Source: Candidatus Methylomirabilia bacterium (GTDB taxonomy: Bacteria > Methylomirabilota > Methylomirabilia > Rokubacteriales > CSP1-6). Taken from it: a stretch of DNA of 45,384 bases. The stretch is taken from assembly GCA_041496385.1 (NCBI GenBank), contig JBGQEL010000026.1, forward strand, positions 1-45,384, in the 5' to 3' direction. The stretch's first letter is position 1. Every line of letters starts with the position of its first letter. Positions 23,803-33,470 of this stretch are shown here, in pieces. The translations under genes and the position numbers were made by a program. The notes beneath the pieces are model-generated. The model was not told the DNA's origin. It saw nothing but the letters and a program-made list of their open reading frames with translations, and did no database searches.

Positions 23803-24735
23803 ATGACGACCGCGTTTCTCTTCCCCGGCCAGGGCTCGCAGGCGGTCGGCATGGGACGGGCGTTCTACGAGTCGTCGCGCGGCGCCAAGGCCGTGTTCGA
23901 GGAAGCGAACGAGGCGCTCGGGTTCGACCTGCGCACGCTCGTCTTCGAGGGCCCGGAGGCCCAGCTGGCACTCACCGCGAACACCCAGCCCGCCGTGCTC
24001 ACCGCCTCGGTCGCGGCGGCGGCGGCGTGCGCCGAGCGCGGCGTGACGCCGGCGATCGCGGCGGGGCACAGCCTCGGCGAGTACGCGGCGCTCGTGGTCG
24101 CGGGCGCCCTCCATTTCGCCGACGCCGTGCGGGTCGTGCGCAGGCGCGGGGAGTTCATGCAGGACGCGGTGCCGGTCGGGACCGGCGCGATGGCGGCCAT
24201 CATGGGGCTCGAGCTCCCCGCCGTCGAGCGCGTCTGCGCCGAGGCGGCGCGGGGCGAGGTCGTCGAGGTCGCCAACGTGAACTCGGCACAGCAGATCGTC
24301 GTCGCGGGCCACCGGGCCGCGGTCGAGCGTGCCGTCACGCTCGCCGGTGAGCGCGGCGGCCGCAAGAGCGTGGTGCTGCCCGTGAGCGCGCCCTTCCACT
24401 GCGCGCTCATGGCGCCCGCCGCCGACCGGCTCCGCCCCGAGCTGGACGCGATGGCGGTCGCCGATCCGCGCATCCCCGTCGTGCGGAACGTCGACGCGGG
24501 GGTGACCCGCACGGCGGCCGACGTACGGCCGTTCCTGCTGCGCCAGGTCGCGAGTCCCGTGCGGTGGACCGACTGCGTGACGCGGCTGGCCGCGGAGGGC
24601 GCGACCACCTTCGTCGAGGTCGGGCCCGGCCGCGTGCTGACGGCACTCCTGAAGCGCATCGTGGACGGCCCGCGCGGGTTCGCGGTCGAGGACCCGGCGG
24701 GTCTCGACCGCGCGCTGGCGGCCGATCGCGGATGA
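23803..24735 (+). CDS. fabD: Malonyl-CoA:ACP transacylase
   Basis: FPGQGSQ, GHSLGEY, VSAPFH. Confidence 0.97.
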   Translation: MTTAFLFPGQGSQAVGMGRAFYESSRGAKAVFEEANEALGFDLRTLVFEGPEAQLALTANTQPAVLTASVAAAAACAERGVTPAIAAGHSLGEYAALVVAGALHFADAVRVVRRRGEFMQDAVPVGTGAMAAIMGLELPAVERVCAEAARGEVVEVANVNSAQQIVVAGHRAAVERAVTLAGERGGRKSVVLPVSAPFHCALMAPAADRLRPELDAMAVADPRIPVVRNVDAGVTRTAADVRPFLLRQVASPVRWTDCVTRLAAEGATTFVEVGPGRVLTALLKRIVDGPRGFAVEDPAGLDRALAADRG

Positions 24736-25481
24736 AGCTCCCGCTCGAGGGCAAGGTGGCGATCGTCACGGGCGGGAGCCGTGGCATCGGCGCGGCGATC
24801 GCCGCGTTGCTGGCCGAGGACGGCGCGGCCGTGGTAGTCTCTGGCCGCGACGCCGACCGGCTCGAGCGCACGGTGAAGGAACTCGAGGCGCAGGGTCACG
24901 CCGTGCTCCCGGTCGTCGCCGACGCGGCGACGCGCGAGGACGCGGAGCGGCTCGTGGAGGCGGCGAAGGCCCGCTTCGGACGCGTCGACATCCTGGTGAA
25001 CAACGCCGGCATCACGCGCGACGGGCTCCTCCTGCGCATGAAGGACGAGGACTGGGACCGCGTCATGGAGGTGAACCTCCGGGGCGCGTTCCTCATGACC
25101 CGCGCGGTGTCGAAGGCGATGGTGAGGCAGAAGAGCGGCGGGCGGATCGTCAACATGGCCTCGACCGCGGGAGTGATGGGCAACGCGGGCCAGGTGAACT
25201 ACTCCGCGGCCAAGGCGGGGCTCATCGGCTTCACGAAGGCGGCGGCGCGCGAGCTGGCCCACTGGTCGATCCTCGTCAACGCCGTCGCGCCGGGGCTGAT
25301 CGAGACGGACATGGCGGCGGCGATCCCCGCGGCCGCGCGCGAGGCGCTGCTCGCCCAGGTGCCGATCAAGCGCATCGGGACCGCGCGCGAGGTGGCCGAA
25401 ATGGTACGATTCCTCGCCGGAGACGGGGCGGCCTACATCACGGGCCAGGTCTTCCACGTCAACGGCGGCCTGTACATGTAG
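24732..25481 (+). CDS. fabG: 3-oxoacyl-ACP reductase
   Basis: [22 protein letters not shown]. Confidence 0.95.
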   Translation: MKLPLEGKVAIVTGGSRGIGAAIAALLAEDGAAVVVSGRDADRLERTVKELEAQGHAVLPVVADAATREDAERLVEAAKARFGRVDILVNNAGITRDGLLLRMKDEDWDRVMEVNLRGAFLMTRAVSKAMVRQKSGGRIVNMASTAGVMGNAGQVNYSAAKAGLIGFTKAAARELAHWSILVNAVAPGLIETDMAAAIPAAAREALLAQVPIKRIGTAREVAEMVRFLAGDGAAYITGQVFHVNGGLYM

Positions 25482-25510
25482 CGCATCCTACTCGCGGAGG
25501 TGACGGGTTC

Positions 25511-25747
25511 ATGGCGAAGTCGGTAGAGGAGAAGGTGAAGGAGATCATCGTCGAGCAGCTCGGGGTCGAGGAGGACGAGGTCAACCCGAACGCGAAGTTC
25601 ATCGAGGACCTGGGCGCCGACTCGCTCGACACGGTGGAGCTCGTCATGGCGCTGGAGGAGCACTTCGACATCCAGATCCCCGACGAGGACGCCGAGAAGA
25701 TCGTGACCGTCGGCGACGCGATCCAGTACATCAAGGAGAATTCGTAA
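25511..25747 (+). CDS. acpP: Acyl carrier protein
   Basis: [12 protein letters not shown]. Confidence 0.98.
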   Translation: MAKSVEEKVKEIIVEQLGVEEDEVNPNAKFIEDLGADSLDTVELVMALEEHFDIQIPDEDAEKIVTVGDAIQYIKENS

Positions 25748-25755
25748 CGAACCGC

Positions 25756-27024
25756 ATGGACAGGCGGCGGGTCGTCGTCACCGGGCTCGGCGCGCTCACG
25801 CCGGTCGGCAACACGGCCGAGGAGCTCTGGTCCGCGCTCAGGGAGGGTCGCTCGGGCATCGGCCCGATCACGAAGTTCGACACCTCCGAGAAGGACGCGC
25901 AGGGCGCGTTCAAGTACGCGACGCGGATCGCCGGCGAGGTGAAGAACTTCGACCCGCTGAAGTACGTGGACAAGAAGGAGGCGCGCCGCCTCGACCCGTT
26001 CCTCCAGTACGCGATGGCCTGCAGCGTGATGGCCGTCGAGGACGCCGGACTCGACACCGGCAAGGTGGACGGCACGCGCTTCGGCGTGCTCATCGGCTCG
26101 GGCATCGGCGGCATCCAGACGCTGCTCAGCACGTACGACACGCTCCGCGAGAAGGGGCCGGACCGCGTCTCGCCCTTCTTCATTCCGATGATGATCGTCA
26201 ACATGGCGTCGGGGCTCGTCTCGATGCGTTTCGGCGCCAAGGGGCCGAACTCGGCGGTGATCACGGCCTGCGCGACCGGTAACCACGCCGTCGGCGACGC
26301 GTTCCGGATCATCCAGCACGGCGACGCCGATCTCATGATCGCGGGCGGCTCGGAGGCGATCATCATCCCGCTGACGATCGCGGGCTTCTGTGCCATGAAG
26401 GCCATGTCCACCCGCAACGACGAGCCGACGAAGGCCTCACGGCCCTTCGACGCGAACCGCGACGGGTTCGTCTGCGGGGAGGGCGGCGGCGTGGTCGTGC
26501 TCGAGTCGCTCGAGCACGCGCTGCGGCGCGACGCCCGGATCTACGCCGAGATCGTCGGCTACGGGATGACGGGCGACGCCCACCACATGACGGCGCCCGA
26601 CCCCGAGGGCGATGGCGCGGCGCGCGCGATGGAAGCGGCGCTCCGCGACGCCGCGCTCGAAGGGCCCGAGGTCGGCTACGTCAACGCGCACGGCACGTCG
26701 ACCCCGTACAACGACAAGTTCGAGACGATCGCGATCAAGCGCGTCTTCGGTGACCACGCCCGGCGCCTCGCGGTGTCGTCCACGAAGTCGATGACGGGAC
26801 ACCTGCTCGGCGCGGCCGGCGGCGTCGAGGCGATCGCGACCGTGCTGGCCCTCCACCAGGGCATCCTGCCGCCGACGATCAACTACGAGACGCCCGATCC
26901 GGATTGTGACCTCGACTACATTCCGAATCAGGCGCGCAAGCAGGACGTCGAGGTCGCGATCTCGAACGCGTTCGGGTTCGGCGGCACGAACGCGACGCTC
27001 GCCTTCCGCAAGTACCTCCCGTAG
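25756..27024 (+). CDS. fabF: 3-oxoacyl-ACP synthase II
   Basis: [28 protein letters not shown]. Confidence 0.97.
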   Translation: MDRRRVVVTGLGALTPVGNTAEELWSALREGRSGIGPITKFDTSEKDAQGAFKYATRIAGEVKNFDPLKYVDKKEARRLDPFLQYAMACSVMAVEDAGLDTGKVDGTRFGVLIGSGIGGIQTLLSTYDTLREKGPDRVSPFFIPMMIVNMASGLVSMRFGAKGPNSAVITACATGNHAVGDAFRIIQHGDADLMIAGGSEAIIIPLTIAGFCAMKAMSTRNDEPTKASRPFDANRDGFVCGEGGGVVVLESLEHALRRDARIYAEIVGYGMTGDAHHMTAPDPEGDGAARAMEAALRDAALEGPEVGYVNAHGTSTPYNDKFETIAIKRVFGDHARRLAVSSTKSMTGHLLGAAGGVEAIATVLALHQGILPPTINYETPDPDCDLDYIPNQARKQDVEVAISNAFGFGGTNATLAFRKYLP

Positions 27025-27468
27025 GTGGATCCCGCCGGCGTCGCCGGCCTCGAGCGGCGGCTCGGCCATCGCTTCGGTGACGCGGCGCTTCTCGAGCGCG
27101 CGCTCACGCACGCCTCGTACGCCAACGAGCACCCTCCCGAGGCGAGCCACGAGGGCCTGGCGCTGCTGGGCGACGCGGCGCTCGCGCTCGTCGTCGCCGA
27201 GCATCTGATCGCGGCCGATCCCGGCGCCCCCGTCGGCGTCCTCACGCCGCGGCGCGCCGAGCTGGTCTCGGGCGAGCGCCTGGCACGCTGGGCGGTCGGG
27301 CTGGACCTGGGCCCGCTCCTGCGGCTCGGGCGCGGCGAGGAGCAGACGGGCGGGCGCGAGCGCGAGTCGATCCTCGCGACGGCGCTCGAGGCGATCCTCG
27401 GCGTCATCTATCTCGAGGGCGGCGTCGCCGCCGTGCGCGCCGCCGTCGGCGGGCTGGCCCCATGGTAG
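27025..27468 (+). CDS. RNase III catalytic-domain-only protein (no dsRBD)
   Basis: ALTHASY, EGLALLGDA, LGRGE..TGG, ILATALEAILG; 147 aa, at the usual rnc position after fabF. Confidence 0.8.
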   Translation: MDPAGVAGLERRLGHRFGDAALLERALTHASYANEHPPEASHEGLALLGDAALALVVAEHLIAADPGAPVGVLTPRRAELVSGERLARWAVGLDLGPLLRLGRGEEQTGGRERESILATALEAILGVIYLEGGVAAVRAAVGGLAPW

Positions 27469-27477
27469 GCTGACGGC

Positions 27478-28629
27478 ATGAGGCTCTGGCCCCGCCGCGG
27501 CCGTCCTCCGGCCGCGCCGCCCTCGGCGGACGAGCAGCTCGTCACCGAGGACCTGCTCCGCCGCAACATCGAGGACCTCCTGATGGTCCGCGAGCGCCTG
27601 ACCCGCGGAGGCATCGTGAGCTTCCGCGGCGAGCTGCTCGTCGCGCCGGCGCGCGCGCTCGACGTGCTGCGTGAGCGGCTGCGGCCGTTCGGCTACACGC
27701 CCTTCCTGCGCCGGGAGCCCGGCGGCGTCCTCGTGCAGGCGTGGCCGCTCGTCGAGGTCGTGGAGCGCCAGCGCGTCCTGCCGAACGTCGTCCTGTTCGT
27801 GCTGACGTGCGCCTCCACGCTGCTCGCCGGCACGATGTTCTCGGGCTCGCCGACCTTCGATGCGTTCCGCGCGGGACCGCTGCCCGTGTGGCTCCTCTCG
27901 GGCGTGCCGTTCGCCGCCACGCTGCTCGCCATCCTGGGCGTCCACGAGTTCGGCCACTATTTCACCGCCCGCCACTACAAGGCGCAGGTGAGCCTGCCGT
28001 ATTTCATCCCGGCACCGCCGCCGATCTTCCTCTTCGGGACGATGGGCGCCATCATCCGGATGCGCTCGCCCGCCCGTGACCGGAACTCGCTCTTCGACAT
28101 CGCCGCCGCGGGGCCCCTGGCGGGCCTGGCGGTCGCGCTGCCCGCGATCGTCCTGGGACTCCTGTGGTCGCAGGTCGTGCCGATCCCGCCGGGGGGCCGC
28201 ATCATCTTCGGCGACTCGCTGCTGCTACGGCTCCTCGTTCGCCTGCAGTTCGGACCGATTCCCGACGGCTTCATGCTCTACACGCACCCGATCGCCGACG
28301 CGGCGTGGGCGGGCTTCCTCGTGACCGCGCTCAACCTCTTCCCCGTGGGCCAGCTGGACGGCGGGCGGATCGCCTACGCGCTCATCGGCCGCCACCACCG
28401 GACGCTCGGGATCGCGACCGTCGCCGGCCTCGTCGCGATGGGCGTGCTCACGGGGGCCTCGAACTGGTTCATCTGGGCGGGGCTCGTCTTCTTCCTGATC
28501 GGCTTCCACCACAGCCCGCCGCTCGACGACGTGACGCCGCTCTCGGCGCGCCGGCGCGTCCTCGGGATCGTGTGCCTGGGGTTGCTGGTGCTGCTCGTCC
28601 CGCCGATCCCCATCACGATCGGCGACTAG
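27478..28629 (+). CDS. Site-2 protease (peptidase M50) family
   Basis: HEFGH, AAGPLAG, NLFPVGQLDGG. Confidence 0.92.
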   Translation: MRLWPRRGRPPAAPPSADEQLVTEDLLRRNIEDLLMVRERLTRGGIVSFRGELLVAPARALDVLRERLRPFGYTPFLRREPGGVLVQAWPLVEVVERQRVLPNVVLFVLTCASTLLAGTMFSGSPTFDAFRAGPLPVWLLSGVPFAATLLAILGVHEFGHYFTARHYKAQVSLPYFIPAPPPIFLFGTMGAIIRMRSPARDRNSLFDIAAAGPLAGLAVALPAIVLGLLWSQVVPIPPGGRIIFGDSLLLRLLVRLQFGPIPDGFMLYTHPIADAAWAGFLVTALNLFPVGQLDGGRIAYALIGRHHRTLGIATVAGLVAMGVLTGASNWFIWAGLVFFLIGFHHSPPLDDVTPLSARRRVLGIVCLGLLVLLVPPIPITIGD

Positions 28630-28831
28630 CGCTCGCCGGCTCGCGTCGCCTCGCGTCGTTCTCGGTCGGCGCCGCGCCTCAGGTACAACCGCGTACGCTC
28701 GGCACAGCGCCTCCCTCGGGCCTCGCGATGCTCGCGATCCGGCGGCGCTGCCCTCGCGCGGCGCTCACGATCCGACTAGCGCTCGCCGGCTCGCGTCGCC
28801 TCGCGTCGTTCTCGGTCGGCGCCGCGCCTCA
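28623..28831. repeat. Perfect 59-bp direct repeat, two copies 150 bp apart, between convergent genes
   Basis: 28623-28681 is identical to 28773-28831 (cgactagcgctcgccggctcgcgtcgcctcgcgtcgttctcggtcggcgccgcgcctca). Confidence 0.95.
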
Positions 28832-28841
28832 CGCCGCCGGC

Positions 28842-30158
28842 TCAGACGCGCGCGGGCGGCTCGTTGCCCGCCTCCAGCGCAGCCTTCCTGACGTCCACGA
28901 AGACCAGGAGCGTCAGGCCCAGCAGGAAGAACGTCGAGAGCGAGACGATCGCGATCCGGTAGCTGCCGGTGAACTGCAGCGCCAAGCCGAAGAGGAGGGG
29001 CCCGAGCCAGCTCGTGCCGCGATCGCTCACCTCGTAGAGGCCGAAGTACTCCGCCTCCTGTCCCTTGGGGATCATGAGGGAATAGAGGGAACGGCTCAGC
29101 GCCTGGCTGCCGCCGAGGACGACCGCGATCGCCGCCGCGAGGGCGAAGAACTCGCCTCCGGTCCGGAGCCATCCGTACGCGTAGGTCACGGTCCCGGTCC
29201 AGATCACGAGGCTCAGCATGATCGCGCGCTTGGCGCCGAGCACCGCCGCCACCCGATCGAAGAGGAGCGCTCCGCCGAACGCGACGAACTGCACCATGAG
29301 AATCACCGCGGTCAGCGTCGAGACCGGCAGCCCCAGCTCTTCCTGGCCGAACTGCGCGGCGAGCGCGATGACCGTCTGGATGCCGTCGTTGTAGAGGAGG
29401 TAGGCGGCGAGGAAGAGCATCGTCTGCGGGTAGTGGCGGACCCGGCGGAGCGTGCGCCCGAGCTGCCGCAGGCCGACGGTTAGATAGTGCTCGCCGGCGG
29501 CGAGGCGGCGTTCGGCGCGCCGGTTTCGGAGCAGGGCGAGGGGAATCAGGGTGAACGCCGCCCACCACAGGCCCGCCGAGGCGAGGTTGATGCGAACCGC
29601 CGCGCCGGGGCTCAGACCGAGGGTCGGGGCCTGGGAGAAGAGCGCCAGGTTGAGCGCCAGGAGCAGGCCGCCGCCGAGGTATCCGAGCGCCCAGCCGTAC
29701 GACGAGACGGCGTCCCGCTCGTCGGGCGCGGCCAGGTCGGGGAGGAACGCGTTGTAGACGACGACCGAGGCGCCGAAGCTCACGTTGGCGACGAGGAAGA
29801 GGGCCGCGCCCGACAGATAACGCGCCCCGTCGACGACGTAGAGGGCGGTCGTGGCGGCGGCGCCGACGTACGCGAAGAGCGCGAGCATCTGCTTCTTCCG
29901 GTGCGAGTAGTCCGCGATCGCGCCGAGGACCGGCAGGACCGCGACCTGCGCGAGCACCGAGAGCGAGACGACGTACGGGAAGAACGAGCCGGCGTGCACC
30001 CGGATGCCGAGCGGATACACGAAGCCCTCCGCGTCGGCGGCCGCCTTCGTCACGGTGGTGAGCCACGGGCCGAGGAACACCGTGACGACCGTCGTGGGAA
30101 AGGCGGAGTTCGCCCAGTCGTAGAAGTACCAGCCGACCCGCTCTCGGCGATTGCTCAC
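28842..30158 (-). CDS. MFS transporter (UMF1/ATG22-like)
   Basis: WYFYDWANSAF, YNAFLPDL, YNDGIQTVI, QALSRSL. Confidence 0.88.
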   Translation of the reverse strand: MSNRRERVGWYFYDWANSAFPTTVVTVFLGPWLTTVTKAAADAEGFVYPLGIRVHAGSFFPYVVSLSVLAQVAVLPVLGAIADYSHRKKQMLALFAYVGAAATTALYVVDGARYLSGAALFLVANVSFGASVVVYNAFLPDLAAPDERDAVSSYGWALGYLGGGLLLALNLALFSQAPTLGLSPGAAVRINLASAGLWWAAFTLIPLALLRNRRAERRLAAGEHYLTVGLRQLGRTLRRVRHYPQTMLFLAAYLLYNDGIQTVIALAAQFGQEELGLPVSTLTAVILMVQFVAFGGALLFDRVAAVLGAKRAIMLSLVIWTGTVTYAYGWLRTGGEFFALAAAIAVVLGGSQALSRSLYSLMIPKGQEAEYFGLYEVSDRGTSWLGPLLFGLALQFTGSYRIAIVSLSTFFLLGLTLLVFVDVRKAALEAGNEPPARV

Positions 30159-30222
30159 GCGGCACGCACCGTGGGCCGGGAGGATGACACAGGCGGCTCG
30201 GCTGCGCTACTATCCCCGCGTC

Positions 30223-31599
30223 ATGCCGGGCCGGCTCGACCTGAAGCAGCTCGAGCAGCTGATCCGCAAGGGCGAGGTCGACACCGTCCTCACGGTCTTC
30301 CCCGACACGTTCGGCCGCCTCATGGGCAAGCGCGTGGTCGGGAGCTACTTCCTCGACCACGTCGCCGGGGAGGGCGCGCACGCCTGCATCTACCTGTTCA
30401 CCGTGGACATGGAGATGGAGCCGCTCCCGGGCTTCAAGCTGACCTCCTGGCAGCGCGGCTACGGGGACATGAAGCTGGTCCCCGACCTCGGGACGCTCCG
30501 GCTGGTCCCGTGGCTCGCGAAGACGGCGCTCGTCTTTTGCGACGTCTACACGGAGGAGGGCGCGGCGATCGAGGAGGCGCCGCGCTGGATGCTCCGGCGT
30601 CAGGTCGAGCGCGCGGCGAAGCAGGGGTTCACGGTGAAAACCGCGGCGGAGCTCGAGCTCTACGTGTTCCGCGAATCGTTCGAGGATGCGCGCGCCCGGC
30701 GGTACCAGCACCTGACGCCGGTGGCGGGCTATCTCGAGGACTATCACATCCTCCAGACGACGAAGGAGGAGCCGCTGATCCGCGCGATCCGCAACGGCAT
30801 GGAGGGCGCCGACGTGCCCGTCGAGACCTCCAAGGGGGAGTGGGGGCGCGGCCAGGAGGAGATCAACCTCCGCTACGCCGAGGCGCTCGAGATGGCCGAC
30901 CGTGCGGCGCTCTACAAGCACGGCGCCAAGGAGATCGCCCACCTCCACGGCTGCGCGGTCACGTTCATGGCGAAGTACGACGTGGGCGCCGCGGGCTCCT
31001 CGTTCCACGTCCACTCCTCGCTCTGGGACCGGAGCGGCCGCAAGGCCCTCTTCGCCACGACGGGCCGCGGCGCGGCGCAGCGGACCTCGGGCCCGCTGCT
31101 CGGCCACTGGCTCGCCGGCCAGCTCACGCTGGCGCGCGAGCTCGCGTACTTCTACGCGCCGAGCGTCAACTCGTACAAGCGCTACCAGGCGGGCTCGTTC
31201 GCGCCGACGCGCCTCGTCGCCGGCTGGGACAACCGCACCTGCGGGTTTCGGCTCTGCGGTGAGGGAAACGGCTACCGCGTCGAGAACCGCATCCCCGGCG
31301 CCGACGCCAATCCGTACCTCGCGTTCGCCGCGACGATCGCGGCCGGGCTCCACGGAATCGCGGCCCGGCTCAAGGCGCCGAAGCTCTACGAGGGCAACGC
31401 CTACGAGGACGCGACGCTGCCGCAGGTCCCCAAGACGCTGCGCGAGGCGATCGCCGGGCTCGAGCGCTCGAAGACGGCGCGCGCGGCCTTTGGCGAGCGC
31501 GTCGTCGAGCACTATCTACACACGGCGCGGCTCGAGCAGCAGGCCTTCGACCAGGCGGTGACCGACTGGGAGCTCATGCGCAACTTCGAGAGGATCTGA
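30223..31599 (+). CDS. Glutamine synthetase-like gamma-glutamyl-amine ligase (GlnA4-like)
   Basis: GRLMGKR, SWQRGYGD, KGEWGRGQEEIN, GSSFHVHSS, DNRTCGFR, RVENRIPGADANPY. Lacks the GSI adenylylation-type tail. Confidence 0.85.
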   Translation: MPGRLDLKQLEQLIRKGEVDTVLTVFPDTFGRLMGKRVVGSYFLDHVAGEGAHACIYLFTVDMEMEPLPGFKLTSWQRGYGDMKLVPDLGTLRLVPWLAKTALVFCDVYTEEGAAIEEAPRWMLRRQVERAAKQGFTVKTAAELELYVFRESFEDARARRYQHLTPVAGYLEDYHILQTTKEEPLIRAIRNGMEGADVPVETSKGEWGRGQEEINLRYAEALEMADRAALYKHGAKEIAHLHGCAVTFMAKYDVGAAGSSFHVHSSLWDRSGRKALFATTGRGAAQRTSGPLLGHWLAGQLTLARELAYFYAPSVNSYKRYQAGSFAPTRLVAGWDNRTCGFRLCGEGNGYRVENRIPGADANPYLAFAATIAAGLHGIAARLKAPKLYEGNAYEDATLPQVPKTLREAIAGLERSKTARAAFGERVVEHYLHTARLEQQAFDQAVTDWELMRNFERI

Positions 31600-32693
31600 T
31601 GACCGACCGCGAGTGGGTCCTGCTGAACCCCGGGCCGGCGAACACGAGCCTGACCGTCCGCGGCGCGCTCGTGATGCCGGATCTGTGCCATCGCGAGCCC
31701 GAATTCTTCGACATGATGCGGCGCTGCCGCGAGCGGCTCGTCCGCCTCGCGGGCGCCGGCCCGGCGTGGAGCGCGGTGCTGTTCGCCGGGTCCGGGACGG
31801 CCGCCGTCGAGGCGGCGCTCGCCTCGCTCGTGCCGCCCGACCGGTCGGTGCTCGTCGTGAGCAACGGCGTCTACGGCGAGCGGATGCTCAGGATCGCGCG
31901 CGCGCACGGCATCCACGCCGAGACCCTCGCGTACGACAACGTCACGCCCGTGAAGCCCGCCGACGTCGGCGCGGCGCTCGCCGCGCATCCCCAGGTGAGC
32001 CACGTCGCGGTCGTCCACCACGAGACGACCACGGGCCTGCTGAACCCCGTCGAGGACGTCGCGCGCGTCGCGGCCGGGCACGGCCGCCGCGTCCTCGTGG
32101 ACGCGATGAGCTCGCTCTTCGGCGAGCCGCTCGACGTCACGCGGGACGGGATCGACGCCGTGACGGCCAGCGCCAACAAGTGCCTCCAGGGCGTCCCGGG
32201 CATCGCGTTCGTCCTCGCCCGCCGGAGCGCGCTCGAGGCGCTCCGGGGGCGGCCGCCGCGCTCGGTCTATCTCGACCTCTACAACCACTTCGCGACCCAG
32301 GAGCAGGACAACACGCCCTTCACGCCGGCCGTCCAGGTGCTGCACGCGATGGAGCAGGCGCTCGTCGAGCTGGAGGCCGAGACGGTCGCCGCCCGCATCG
32401 CGCGCTACGCCGAGAACGCGCGGGTGCTGCGCGAGGGCATGGCCGGGCTCGGCTTCGAGATCCTCGTGCCCGCGGGCGCCCGCTCGAGCATCCTCACGAC
32501 CTTCCGGCTCCTCCCCGGGCTCCGCTACGAACCGCTCCACGACGCGATGAAGCGGCGCGGCTTCATCGTCTACGCGGGCCAGGGGGACATCCGGACGTAC
32601 GCGTTCCGCGTCGCGAACATGGGCACGCTCACGCCGAAGGACATGGCCGACGTGGTCGCCGCCTTCGCGGCGTGCCTCGAGGAGTTCCGCTGA
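31599..32693 (+). CDS. Class V PLP aminotransferase, PhnW/AEP-transaminase-like
   Basis: LLNPGP, GSGT, HHETTTG, DAMSS, SANKCLQGVPG, YLDL. Confidence 0.82.
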   Translation: MTDREWVLLNPGPANTSLTVRGALVMPDLCHREPEFFDMMRRCRERLVRLAGAGPAWSAVLFAGSGTAAVEAALASLVPPDRSVLVVSNGVYGERMLRIARAHGIHAETLAYDNVTPVKPADVGAALAAHPQVSHVAVVHHETTTGLLNPVEDVARVAAGHGRRVLVDAMSSLFGEPLDVTRDGIDAVTASANKCLQGVPGIAFVLARRSALEALRGRPPRSVYLDLYNHFATQEQDNTPFTPAVQVLHAMEQALVELEAETVAARIARYAENARVLREGMAGLGFEILVPAGARSSILTTFRLLPGLRYEPLHDAMKRRGFIVYAGQGDIRTYAFRVANMGTLTPKDMADVVAAFAACLEEFR

Positions 32694-33457
32694 TGGGCGA
32701 GCGCCTGAGGGGCAGGGTCGCGTTCATCACGGGCGCAGGCATGGGCATGGGGCGCGAGGCCGCGCTCCTGTTCGCGGAGGAGGGCGCGCGGATCGCCGTT
32801 GCCGACATCGAGGCCGGCGCGGCAAAGGAGACCGCGGGGCTCGTCGAGAAGGCCGGCGGCCAGGCGCTCGCCGTGGTCGGCGACGTGGCGGTCGAGGCGG
32901 ATGTCAAGCGCATGGTCGACGAGGCGGTGCGGCGCTTCGGCCGGCTCGACGTCCTGCACAACAACGCGGGCGTCCTCTGGAAGGACCGCGACCGCTCGGT
33001 GCTCGAGACCGACGAGCGGTGGTGGGACCGCGTGATGGCGATCAATCTCAAATCGGTCTTCTGGGTGACCAAGTACGGGATCCCGGAGCTCCGGAAGGCC
33101 GGCGGCGGCTCGATCATCATGATGGGCTCGGTCTCGGCGCTCGCCGGCTTCACGCGCGCCCAGGACGCCTACACCGCGGCCAAGGGCGCGCTGATCTCGC
33201 TCACCAAGTCGCTCGCGATCCAGTTCGCGAAGGACCGGATCCGGTGCAACATCATCCACCCGGGCATCGTGGACACGCCGCTGCAGGCCCCCTACCTCAC
33301 CGCCGAGATCCGCAAGGAGTTCGAGACGGGGATTCCGCTCGGCCGCATCGCCCACCCGCGCGAGATCGCCACCGTCGCCCTGTTCCTCGCCAGCGACGAC
33401 TCCTCGTTCATGACCGGCGCCGAGCTGGTCGTGGACGGCGGCTTCACCGCCGGGTAG
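32693..33457 (+). CDS. Short-chain dehydrogenase/reductase
   Basis: TGAGMGMG, NNAG, YTAAK; TGATG coupling to the upstream gene. Confidence 0.9.
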   Translation: MGERLRGRVAFITGAGMGMGREAALLFAEEGARIAVADIEAGAAKETAGLVEKAGGQALAVVGDVAVEADVKRMVDEAVRRFGRLDVLHNNAGVLWKDRDRSVLETDERWWDRVMAINLKSVFWVTKYGIPELRKAGGGSIIMMGSVSALAGFTRAQDAYTAAKGALISLTKSLAIQFAKDRIRCNIIHPGIVDTPLQAPYLTAEIRKEFETGIPLGRIAHPREIATVALFLASDDSSFMTGAELVVDGGFTAG

Positions 33458-33470
33458 CGAGGCCGACGGG

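Noticed and set aside
28623..28831. Possible CRISPR mini-array
   Set aside because: Only two copies, repeat (59 bp) and gap (91 bp) exceed typical CRISPR sizes, and there are no cas genes in the window.
28765..31512. Long antisense and alternate-frame ORFs (e.g. 915 aa here, 636 aa at 3834, 685 aa at 18871)
   Set aside because: They overlap well-supported genes, have no motifs and reflect stop-codon scarcity in high-GC DNA.
30223..31599. Calling the GS-like gene glnA
   Set aside because: The sequence resembles the gamma-glutamyl-amine ligase subgroup and sits in a catabolic operon, so true glutamine synthetase activity is unsupported.
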